DNA of 16,617 nt from Paraphysomonas bandaiensis (GCA_965644295.1 CBFFRP010000087.1:1-16617), one strand, 5' to 3'; shown: positions 1 to 10,932, counted from the stretch's first letter. A program made the numbers and translations. The notes: generated by a model not told the origin, from the letters alone.

Positions 1-739
1 AGGAGTACACCAGTACGAAACAGCCTACACATGTGCGTAGTTTTCTATCCATTCTACATGTACACACCCAGCAGCAGTATGTATGTATGTGTGTATCATT
101 TCATTTCGATTTCAAAGCATGTGCATATGTATATAAATCAATAGAATGTATGAGTGAAATTGACCAGTTAGGGAATGATTTTAATGAACGTGTTCACGTT
201 ACTGAGCATCTACCCCCCCCATATGGGTGCTATACGATCACATCAACTATCAGAAAACAAAAGTAAAGAATATGCCTAAAAACACGGATATTGATGATCT
301 AAAAGTCCTTATTATCTATAAATATGGGCTTTCTCTACAACCTGGACTAACTTGTATATGCTCAATGGACGAGATCTTAGAAGCAGAGGATGATGTGAGA
401 TGCTAATGAATCGAGGCTGTGGATCAGTCTCCAGTCCATTCATACTGAAGATGATGAATAACTTGAAAGACGTTAACAGTGACGTGCAGCATGATATCAA
501 CGATGCTTTTATTAAAGAATAGAGTAGGTTGCCTGAACGCTGCGTCTATGAGCGTAGTGTGCTATCAGATAAGCCATGAGTGTTACTATAAGGAACAGAG
601 AATCAGCCATTAACACTTTGATCAGCCTGGCTTTTTTGCTGGATCGACACATTTGCTGGATCTTATTCCCACACACAGAATTGCTGCCTTATTGGAATTC
701 CAAGAAATCACTATCTAAGTGCGTGGCATTCGCTACTTC

Positions 740-1368
740 AAAATTGAAGTTGCGGTTTCTGCAACACGACATCAAGATTTCAGCTGGATGATGGTATCTT
801 GTTCCCTCAAACCATCCCTAATCTGCTTCTTGGAGTTCCAAAACGCTGTTCATATACCAGTGCCTGCCCATACTTCAATATTCTGTTCGACGTCACACTT
901 TAGTCAGCCGCATAGCATTTGCGATTACTATACAATCACAACTTCACTGCAATCAAGTCAGAGTTATCATCACGACTAAGATTCGTGTCCTCACAGTGAG
1001 TGTTGCCTGGAGTGACACTTCTTTATTGGCATGCTCCATTTCTGATTGGCTTCTGCGGTATGTTTTTTTTGGACAAGACGATGAAAAACGACGCTTTTGT
1101 TCTCGTTAGCGCGAAGGGCATCCCAGTAGAGCTCATAGAACTCCCATCCATACACTCGTATCCAGAATATACTCCAGAGCGCAAGTAAAACTCCCTTGCC
1201 TGACAATCCTGGAGTTTTACTTGCGCTCTGGAGCTTGAAGATTTTACTCCCTTGCCTGACGATCCTGCAGAGTGTTCGATCATGGAAGACCGCAGTCCTG
1301 ATCCCTTCTATCAGACATTGCATGCTCTTACTTGTCCAGATACACTGGATGAAATGATTCGTTACTAA
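740..1368 (+). pseudogene. Possible decayed coding sequence of unknown family (could be a mobile-element remnant)
   Basis: One + frame reads as protein-like text broken by scattered stops: SCGFCNTTSRFQLDDGILFPQTIPNLLLGVPKRCSY...*...VLPGVTLLYWHAPFLIG...SYPEYTPE. Removing 1181-1234 extends ORF 1000-1188 to a stop at 1366-1368 (…PEYTPELEDFTPLPDDPAECSIMEDRSPDPFYQTLHALTCPDTLDEMIRY*). No family recognised and the boundaries are approximate. Confidence 0.3.
1172..1267. repeat. Perfect 23-bp inverted repeat overlapping a 22-bp direct repeat
   Basis: CTCCAGAGCGCAAGTAAAACTCC (1172-1194) is the exact reverse complement of 1211-1233, with a 16-nt loop. ACTCCCTTGCCTGACAATCCTG (1190-1211) recurs at 1246-1267 with one mismatch. 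Confidence 0.95.
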
Positions 1369-1624
1369 TATTCGCCGCAAGAGAATGGATACTTTAAACG
1401 AGCAGCAGCATGTGGCAGCTCGAACAGCCGAACTGGAGACATCACGGTATCATGACCAGCTCACTGAAACCAATTCATTTCCGTCGGCTGACTTAACACT
1501 TCTTCCTGCATCAATTGTTTCTACTTAGTAATATTTTTTGCTATCTGTTCCTTAGTCTTAGTTTGTTTCATTTTTACCATTAACTAACATTAGATACAAC
1601 GTAACACTTCCATAACCTTTCGAC

Positions 1625-1671
1625 ACTTAGTAACACTTACTTCTATTCACACTTAGTAACAACTTAGTAAC
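1625..1671. repeat. Short clustered repeat ACTTAGTAAC x3
   Basis: Exact 10-mers at 1625-1634, 1651-1660 and 1662-1671, with partial copies at 1523-1531 and 1635-1639. Confidence 0.8.
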
Positions 1672-1974
1672 ACTATATATAAACAGATGGTATTCGTATA
1701 GTTTCTTAAAACTTATAGTAAAAAACCACAGTTCAGATTCACCATAAAAAGAGATTATCTTGATGTAATTACAAGACAACAACTATTGCACTTAAAATAG
1801 CACTAATAGTTATTGATTCATTAATGGAAGATGGAATAATGGAAACTTCAAATCAAGACATCCATTGATAGATGACATTAACGATATACCTTCAAATAAC
1901 GCTTAAAGATATGTATACCCAATACTGCATACGAAACAGACACTATACTGTTAAGACACACAACAACGATTGTA

Positions 1975-2571
1975 CTACAACATTGCCTCGGCATTCACCT
2001 CGGATATGACGTCTACAGTGGTCTCAGAACTATGATTTTTTTGTGATGCGTTTAGATCAATCGCGGTTGATTTACTCTCATGCATACGTTGGATGCAATT
2101 TAACAGAGTAGCACTTGTATACACATCCTCCATATACAGTGCTGGTGGGGCAAATACGCTCTTAAAGTGACGAATTGCCAGTAAAACAACAACGCCAAGT
2201 ACATGAGATACAATCGAACTCATTAGTGGGTCTGCTGGTAATAAGTATACCAGCTGTAATAACCACAGCCCACGCCAACAATTCACGACAAAAAATCCAA
2301 CCATATAGGTTTCACATCGACTCATTAGGGAATAAAGCAGGTGCTCTTTTCCTTCCTCCATAATAAGGACGGAATATTTGTTATGGTGATACACGTACTG
2401 CCACAGGTAGAAGGAGAGCATTCCTACGTATCCCACCAAGAGAGAACACCACGCACTGTAAGTCAGGTTCTCAGGGAAAAAAGCAAGGTCGCATAGTTCC
2501 CATGTACCACGCCAGTAGAAAAGTGTGAACACAGGGACAGTTACATAAAGAAGAAGGTCATACACCACCAT
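1975..2571 (-). CDS. Fuseless-family multi-pass membrane protein, 198 aa, with only two WxGxW motifs
   Basis: Single-exon ORF with an in-frame stop upstream of the ATG. Motifs LFYWRGTWELCD..FP and VVNCWRGLWLL..YLLP, plus SHVLG and a C-terminal SVFAPP..YMED, match the Fuseless (PF15993) repeat pattern. About four hydrophobic helices. Confidence 0.8.
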   Translation of the reverse strand: MVVYDLLLYVTVPVFTLFYWRGTWELCDLAFFPENLTYSAWCSLLVGYVGMLSFYLWQYVYHHNKYSVLIMEEGKEHLLYSLMSRCETYMVGFFVVNCWRGLWLLQLVYLLPADPLMSSIVSHVLGVVVLLAIRHFKSVFAPPALYMEDVYTSATLLNCIQRMHESKSTAIDLNASQKNHSSETTVDVISEVNAEAML

Positions 2572-2736
2572 TACGGCTAGATAGTGCGTAGAAGCACTAC
2601 ACTACAACACAACCATACTCAGATAACACTCAAGAGAAGCATACAGAAAAAGAACGACTTCAAAAGCGCAAATGTAGAGGCAGCTTTATGAGCACATGGA
2701 ACTCCAGTGCCATATATATGCATACGTACAGTACGC

Positions 2737-3180
2737 ATGTATGTATGTATGTATGTATGTATGTATGTATGTATGTATGTATGTATGTATGTATGTATGT
2801 ATGTATGTATGTATGTATGTATGTATGTATGTATGTATGTATGTATGTATGTATGTATGTATGTATGTATGTATGTATGTATGTATGTATGTATGTATGT
2901 ATGTATGTATGTATGTATGTATGTATGTATGTATGTATGTATGTATGTATGTATGTATGTATGTATGTATGTATGTATGTATGTATGTATGTATGTATGT
3001 ATGTATGTATGTATGTATGTATGTATGTATGTATGTATGTATGTATGTATGTATGTATGTATGTATGTATGTATGTATGTATGTATGTATGTATGTATGT
3101 ATGTATGTATGTATGTATGTATGTATGTATGTATGTACGTAGGTAGGTAGGTAGGTAGATAGGTACGTATGTATGTAAGT
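2737..3180. repeat. (ATGT)n tetranucleotide microsatellite
   Basis: 100 perfect ATGT units at 2737-3136, then in-register variants ACGT, (AGGT)4, AGAT, AGGT, ACGT, (ATGT)2, AAGT up to 3180. Confidence 0.99.
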
Positions 3181-3274
3181 ACTTCTGCCTGCTGTTGTGT
3201 GTTGTGATTCGTCATTTTGAGTTGTTGTGGTTGAGCCCCGTCGTCTTCCAGGGGCAATACGAACACTCAGGTGC

Positions 3275-5414
3275 ATGGCAGGCTCCGCAGAAGTGTGTTT
3301 GATAGCTGTCATGCGGATGCTTGTAAGGGTGTGAGGACTCATGCGTTATCTCGCCTTAAAGAGACATCGACGTGGAAGGTTGAGGCCAAGAGCGTTCCTG
3401 AGTACACCACCGAGAAGATCACTCAATACACGGATCCGAAGACTCGAGTAGTGAGGAGTGAAGCGTTGCGGTCTCCTGATTATGAGGCTCAGAGGGACGC
3501 TCAGAGGAATCGAGCTGTTGATAAGTTTGAAATGATCGCTAAGAAGAGATACGGGTCAATGGGAGGTCTCTTTGCAGCGGTATGTACTGTGAGCTGTATG
3601 GGTGACTGTCTGTTTATTTATTGTATAATTGTCGTAGTTGAAGAAAGATGTGTCCTCTGATATACCATTAGACGAGTTTTCAGAACATTTGCGCAAAAGA
3701 AACATGGACTTATACTTTCCACGAGACGAACAAAGGCTGCTCTTTGAACGGTTTGATAAGGATCATTGTAATCGCATACATGTATCCGAGTTTCTTGAAC
3801 ACTCCCAGCTTATGGGTGACAGTTGTCGACAATCGGATAGTCGATTTCAATCGGAAACGAAAGATCTGATACTATCAAAAATTGATGACCAGAGGAGCAA
3901 AGAAAAACTAGTCCAGAGTCCACGACAAACAAAACTTCAACTAGTGCGCACCCTGCGCAATCTTGATCCTAAGAGTACGGGATATGTGAGTAGAGATAAG
4001 TTGAAATGGGCCTTAGGACCTGAGTACTTAAATCTAAACCTCTCAGAGGAAGAGATCCAGGCAGCTGTAGATCTGTGTCCACCGAGTGAAAGGACTGGAA
4101 AAATTAGCTACGATAAGTTTGTTCGATTGCTTGATATTTGCAATAATGAACCGATTTCGGACCCTTTCTTCGATGCTAGAGCCAATCAAATTACTTTATT
4201 TAAGAAGCGGCTAGGAAACTTAGATGCTGTCGCGAATGATAAAGACCTTTTGGATCGTCGGGAAGAGCTACTAAAAGTGTGCATGATAGGACCGGAAGAG
4301 AGTGGATTGACTGCGTATCTGGATCCCTTTCGCACAGCCCCTGCGGCACTTTATCCTTCTTCTCTTCGAGATGGAAGTATAGAGAAAAAGTAGGATGGTA
4401 TCGAACACGGCAGACGTACACGTCAGCCCCAACGGCAGTCTTCATTTAGTATTGACACCACCCTCTATGAGAGACCCGAATGTGATGAGCAGTTTGGTAT
4501 GAATACGGAGGAACACTTCCGGGCTACTAAGAATCATCCATCCCGGTCAAAGGTTAAGTTTCCGATGACGGTGGATCTGGCGCAAGCCCACGCTGAACAC
4601 CAGGATACTATTCCGGGGGGCAAAAGGCGTGGACCAGAGGCAATGACGGATTGGGGTACCATTCAGCACGATTCATCTCAAACTTCATTTTCAGATACTC
4701 GACCTGCCAGCTCCAGTCAGCTGGCCACTTCTAAGAGTTTGCCTTCCTTTGAAACAGGTAGTCGCTACAGTTCCACACAGTCAGAGTACTATACTCCGCT
4801 GGAATATAAACCGAGTATGCCAGTCACTCGTCCAAATGTTATTTCGGATGCTATGAGATGTGCTCTGGATCGAGAGGTGCAGTGTTTGTCGTAGCTCACA
4901 TTCGCGAATGTCAATAACATTTATTTGATATAGGAAAGACGAAGGAAGCGGTACGAGAGAACCCAAGCCAACATGAAAGCAGTGTCCAACTACGTAGAAC
5001 TAGAACGCATTTCACAGGTATATATCACGCGGGATGAAGTTCTTTTTAAATTCTGGTTTAAGACATTAAACGACAGTCTCAGAGCCAAAGGTAGAGTGAA
5101 AGAAGCGTTACATTACGAATCCTCCGCCTTTCACGAAGACATCAAATCATACTCACGATAAAATATCAAGTTCACTATTTATAACTTTTTTTTACATTTC
5201 TTTTTTTAATAGACGGCCTGGACATTCTATGCAGCGTAAACCGAATCCTGTGCTCTATGACAAAATGTGGGGTGGTAATCTTAAGCATGACAAAGCTGTC
5301 GTCGAGGACAGAGATTTTTCAACCACTTCTGCAACCTCTTTTGTGATTCCATCGGAGTCTACTCCTCCTTCTAGTGGACGTTCTGTTGAAAATGAGTCAT
5401 TCCCGATATTGTGA
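3275..5414 (+). CDS. Multi-exon EF-hand domain protein (about four EF-hand-like motifs, long low-complexity region, helical C-terminus); start and two junctions uncertain
   Basis: EF-hand loops FDKDHCNRIHVSEF, LDPKSTGYVSRDKL and degenerate TGKISYDKF. Frame-preserving GT-AG introns at 3580-3637, 4877-4933 and 5018-5062. A strong acceptor at 5212 leads into a last exon ending TGA at 5414. Unresolved points: the start (ATG 3275 with a 35-nt intron 3293-3327 is one option), an in-frame TAG at 4391-4393, and no canonical donor at 5158. Confidence 0.75.
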
Positions 5415-6275
5415 ATTTATATTGCGACTCGTATTTAGAATAAATCTGTACATATATATATGAATATGTGTACGTCTTTGAGAAGCGGTAACTTTTATCA
5501 CCCTACTATACGAATTTTCTAATATATCTATAGTATAAGTATATTATGTCAGATGCCGTGATTTCGAGTAAATCAGAATATGTGTTGTATAAAATCAATA
5601 AAGAATTCGGAAAATGCTTTCGTAATCCGAGTAATCATTGAATATGAGTATTCATATGGTCAATACATGCTGGTGTTAAATACAACACGAGTTGTTTTTA
5701 TAAAAAATAGCACCGAAGATGTAATTTTCAAGAATTAAAAATCGGAGAATATTAAAACGTGAAATTACACGAATAGCTTCAGATAAACTGTGTCAGGATA
5801 ACGACTATTCTTTTCTGACACTATTGTTTTTGCATTCAAAGGATATTATGAAACAGACTGAAGAGTATTATTTGACCACAGTCAATGGGATATATTATCG
5901 TACAAAAGTTTCTAATTAATCGTAGTGAATGTCTGATTAGTAGCAATAAGCGTGTAAGATTCAGAACTATTGTAGCAAAACAATTTAACTAACCAATGCC
6001 AATAATTGACAATTCTTGAAAGCTAATTAATTGTTACGCAAACTACAAGACTCATTAGAAATTAATTAGTAGCTGATACCATGAACTAAATCATTGCATA
6101 GCTGGACTTATATCTAGTAAACCGCCACAAATAATCACTTCACAGGAATAGTTCAAAATTTTATTTCAATTAATAAAAATACCTTATTATTTTAAATATA
6201 CTCCAACGAACTTAATTGCAACTCAAAGACTAAATAGTATCATATTAAACGCTGTAAGCAAGATATTTCACACCA

Positions 6276-8190
6276 TTAATGTGTCGCTTTATACTCTGAC
6301 CTTCGGAGTCGACCAGTCGCTGAGCGTGGACGTCCTGGCGGAAATCCCCTGCTGAATATGTAAACAATAACTCGTAATATTGCCATACAATTACCTCAAT
6401 GGCACCTGGTCCTGTCGTTGGGAAGGGTCAGGGTGCAGTATTTTAGACAAGTCAATATTAAGTCCATCATCACCATTCGCTTCACGTGAAGTGCGGTGAG
6501 TATCACCGTCCGCAGGGTATTCTGCAGAGTACGGATTTCCATCACGTGACCTAGACACAGTTGATCGAAGTATTTCTGGAACTTTGATGCGATACACGTC
6601 CTCGTTCTTTTTCGACTTCGATTTCCTCGAGTCATCATGAGAATTTGGTTTTTTATTCTTCTCTCCGAATATAACCTTTGGATTTACAGAAGAAGATACC
6701 GTGTCGCACGCCAAGCATCTCGTTACTCCAATGTCGGTGTTGTGCCCATCAGTCTGCTCCGATTCATTTTTATTCCTCGTTATCCACTTTACAAGTGTTT
6801 CTATCTTCTTATCTGTTGCCCCTTGGAGAAGCTCGAGGCCTTCACGACACTCGCTGGCAAGAACAAGAACCCTTCGCTCCAGGCTACGCACGAAATCTTT
6901 TAGCTTAGTAACGTCTTCATCATGTACTCCACCACCATCTATTTGCTTGGGCCGCTCATCCGACGGCAGTTCGCCAGCCATATACTTCTTGTACAGCATA
7001 CTTGATACGATCTTTTCAACTTCTACTGCATCCGGTTTCTTTTCAAAAAGAATTTTTATACTGCTTCCGATATCATCGTCAATGCGCTTTTCAATAGCAT
7101 TGACGTCTACTCTCATTAACTCCAACATGCGAGCAACCCTAACATAATCTGTTTCCATCCGGTCCAAAGCATTCTTTGTTCGATTATGCTCTTCCTCACC
7201 GCGAGTTAGACTAGGCATGATTGACGACAAACTGTCTTCTGATTTCACCAATCGAGCCCGCATGTCATCAATTAATTCTATACTGCCATCGTAAGTGCCC
7301 AATTTTCCTTCGATTGCGGCTAGTCTAGCACTCTGATCAGAACCAAAACAGGTAATGGCAGTAGTTGGGTTATTTTTAGTCTCGATCACATCGTCTTCCA
7401 GTGCACCCATCCGCTGTTGAATGCCGTCGATGTCTGTCAAAGTTTTATCGGAAAGGCCCTCAAACTCCTTGTGCAATTTGTCGGCCATAGCAGTTAGTTC
7501 ATCTCGTACTTGAGTCATATCACTATCAGTGGGTACAGAGCGACTTGATAGTACATGTGACACAGCACTCTCTAAATCATTTATATCAACTTTTCCATTG
7601 TACAGCTGATTTAACTTATCTCTATGGGTTCCAAGATCCTCTTGTATACTTTGTATAGCATTGCCATGTTCGGTAGACATAGTGGAAAGATTGTTAACTT
7701 CCCGCTCCAAGGCATTCTTTGCTTCTTTGTCTTCCTTTTGCAAATGTTCTAGATGGCCAACTCGTCCAAGGATATTAGTCTCGTCTCCATAAAAGCTCGC
7801 TAACTTCTTCTCCACCACACCCAGACGATACGTCTGCTCCGGATCAATGATGGGTCGATCTATCAAACTGAGGATTTGTTTACTGTGATGACTTAATGTA
7901 TCTTCAACTTTGGACTCTGATTGTAAGTCAATCTGTTTCTCGAGCACTGTGATTCTCTGCTCGAGCTCAGCGTTCCTCTGCATGAGACTGTCGTACCGTA
8001 CAGAGTCATCTTCACTCTTCTTCGTAAGAGAGTTGAGTGCAGTGTCCTGTTTATGAACCACTCCTCTCAATATCTCCATCTGATCACGAACCATCTTAAG
8101 ATAGTCGTGTATGGGGAACCCGTCCACTGTGATGGTGGCGGGGGCGGGATTCTTCAGCTGAGGCCAGTCATCACTCAGAGCCGCTGACAT
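6276..8190 (-). CDS. Long coiled-coil protein, ~623 aa, with a C-terminal TRCLACD motif (resembles the QRICH2/C16orf96-type architecture)
   Basis: ATG at 8190. Exon 8190-6395, a 43-nt GT-AG intron 6394-6352 (NAGNAG acceptor), then exon 6351-6276 (SRGFPPGRPRSATGRLRRSEYKATH*). The body is heptad-rich in E/K/L/D. The family resemblance rests on recalled motifs only. Confidence 0.8.
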
Positions 8191-9604
8191 CTCGATAGCT
8201 AGATATGTAGAGGTAGATAGATGGCTGGGGATTAACAGCACAGCGGCATGCTGAGAGGTATCTGCGTATCTGCGGTGTGTGTGTGTATCTGTTGAGCTAA
8301 CTGTAAGCTAAGCTGCTGACTGTTATCGTCCAGGAGGGTTACACACACATACACACACGCACACTGTACTGCTGCACTGTATACACACACACGTCTCCAC
8401 ATACACAACATAACGAACTTAAACACGTATACCGATAATACACTGTACAGAATACGGGTCTCCACAACACATGAAACGGTTACTTTACGGTTATCGGAAG
8501 ATAATAACAAATCATTCTAACAAACCTCTCGTTGATTGGTTACTGAATTATTTCCAAAGTAGAGATTTCAATCTCTGAAAATTCTTGAAATCATTTTCGG
8601 CTGGCCCTTTCATTGTTACATATACCTATACCGACTCAAAGCAACGGGGACATAGACATTTTGTACCGCGTCATAATCAGGATCTATTGGGATCGCCCAC
8701 AGGAGGAACTACATATGTTATTAAATGTTACAAAATTCACTCTTGATACTAATACATGTATTAAATCGTTGTGACAGTTAGCTTTAAACTGAGCAATATA
8801 CTCTAAACAATAATATATCTCAGTAATAATTGTTACAGCGGTGTAATATAATATTCAAATTTCAAGTCAATATAACCTTGTCCTGATATGTACACCAATC
8901 TGTAAACTTAATAATTTTTTCGTGTACAATATATACTCAACTTCCTATACCACCATTTATGCTACAGTATACTGTATTCACTACAATACATTGCTATATA
9001 TTGGTTCTGATCGTAGCCATACACGGCACAGGCAAACGTCAGTAGTGCAAAGATATATCAAAACTGTAACTACTGATATGGAATGCCCATTACTATAAGC
9101 TACAAAACTTTCAGAGCTAAACAAACATTCCTATGAATTAGATTTCACGCATAAGGAGATTGGAGCAGCCTGTTATACTGACAGCATTGGCGCCATGCAT
9201 AGTTATTGTGATCATCAATAGCATCGGCAGTCTCACAAAACCTTACAGCTGGTGATATAAATGTAAGACAGGTGCGTATACAACAGGAATTGAGTACTCT
9301 ACATATTATAAAGAGATACGTTGATGATACATTCAGAGCTGATCGCAGATAATGCATATTATATATTAATGTATTATTTACATTGGCTTCTACCAGTCCA
9401 AATATCAATATACTGTCAATATATAAACTATTGTTGATGACCACTGCATCCAACATCATGTTTTAACTTCACTAAATGTTCCAGAAAACTGTAACGAAGA
9501 TATATTCATTTTTTATATCACTAGATTAAGTCTCTATCTCCCATTATCTTACAAAAAATGGGACTATTTTCGAAACATTCGAAGTCAGTATCACTGAATA
9601 GCAG

Positions 9605-10932
9605 TTACGCCCTGTACAAAATGTCGTAATGGCCAGGGCGATACAATAATGTGATACGAAACATTTCAGATTCCGACGAGGTATCACTCTTTCCAGGCTC
9701 ATCAGGAGGAAATGATATTAGCTGTAACCCCTTCTCTCGGCTGAACTCTCTGCAAAAAAATTAGAGACGCCATGATACACAATGTATTACGCATACTATA
9801 CAATGCCACTGTCCGTCAATTTGCAACTCTAACAAGGCCATTACCTTCCATCTAAATATTCAATCGATACCCTTACCCCCAAACATTCTGTGAGAGCAAT
9901 GATATGCAGCTGCTCGCATTCTTTTCCCATAGGCTCCACTTCACGAACACAGTAGCCTAGGTAGAAAATATCAAAAAAGGTGACGCTGGGCGTGCATACA
10001 CTACAAACGCAGAATACATATTATACATCTTACGGCTAACGTATAGTACCTGCCATATCAGTATGAAATACTCCAGTTGAAGCGGAGGAAGCGTCTTCAG
10101 CCAATACGAATGGGAAAAAGCGTTCCTCATACTTCCGGAGGTATCCTGTAAAAAGAAAACCATGATATGGCAAAACATCAATTGGAATACAAGTATAAAT
10201 CCTTACAAGTCGTCGCAAATCGTAATAACATACTCAAATACGACAGAACAGAAAGCTAAATACATAAATCACGACTTAAACGTATCTCACCCGACGTTAG
10301 GAGTCTCATGTACCAAGTATAGGCATCCGCATGTCCTCCTTCGGCTGTAAACTCTTCGTAGAGCGACTCCACTGTCATTTGCGGCAAACGCTCCAGCAGA
10401 TCCAGGAAATCCTATTGTCGCATACATAGTTATAATTTACCCCATGACCACGAAACAAGGGCATCAACATAAGACAACGAAAACACTCAAGTACTTACAT
10501 CTAAGAAGCATTCGAATGTAAATTCAGAAAAACCCAAATCCACTAACTCTGACTTGCTCTTAGTCAGCACACTCACAAATCTTGCATGTTCGTCTTTAGC
10601 TTGCTTCGACACATCACCAGTAGCACTCATCTTCAAAATCAATTCTTCGAGATACGCGAAGAGTATAGCTCTGACTCACCATTAACAAAGACAGCATATA
10701 ATGCGGTGTACCTGTAAAAGCAGTTGCCGTCTCCCCTCACACGTCTCATTCGCGGATATTTTTCGGTTAGATATCGAATGCCATCGCAGAATCCTGACGA
10801 CTCATTATCCTGATAGTTAGCTAGCAGAGTATCGGGAGTAACGGCCGAGCTAATTAACGGCTGAGATGATGACACTTCCTCAGATATAGCGCTCATTGCA
10901 CTGATAGATGCTTCATCTTGATGGGATGACAT
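9605..10932 (-). CDS. OTUB1: Otubain-family ubiquitin thioesterase (peptidase C65), 288 aa, six exons
   Basis: Exons 10932-10712, 10670-10499, 10411-10291, 10145-10050, 9956-9845 and 9749-9605 total 867 nt with all GT-AG introns in frame. Catalytic Cys motif RRVRGDGNCFYRA, then YMRLLTSG, CVREVEPMGKECEQLHIIAL, VSIEYLDG, and catalytic His motif LLYRPGHYDILY. The symbol denotes the family; OTUB1 versus OTUB2 orthology cannot be resolved. Confidence 0.96.

Noticed and set aside
2737-3180. CRISPR array or telomeric repeat
   Set aside because: A 4-nt unit with no spacers, internal to the contig, and not a TnAGGG-type repeat.
2619-3342. Five ORFs with YIHT/MYVC repeats
   Set aside because: They are translations of the stop-free (ATGT)n microsatellite, with no independent coding evidence.
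6396-7147. ORFs 6396-6638, 6637-6903, 6678-6908 and 6701-7147
   Set aside because: Alternative-frame or antisense shadows of the coiled-coil gene.
8232-8510. 92-aa ORF rich in V/C/Y, and similar ORFs at 11164-11423
   Set aside because: Products of CA/TACA low-complexity upstream sequence.
9040-9459. ORF 9145-9459 (-) and broken + frames nearby
   Set aside because: No recognisable motif and no consistent splice model. Could be decayed sequence, but unsupported.
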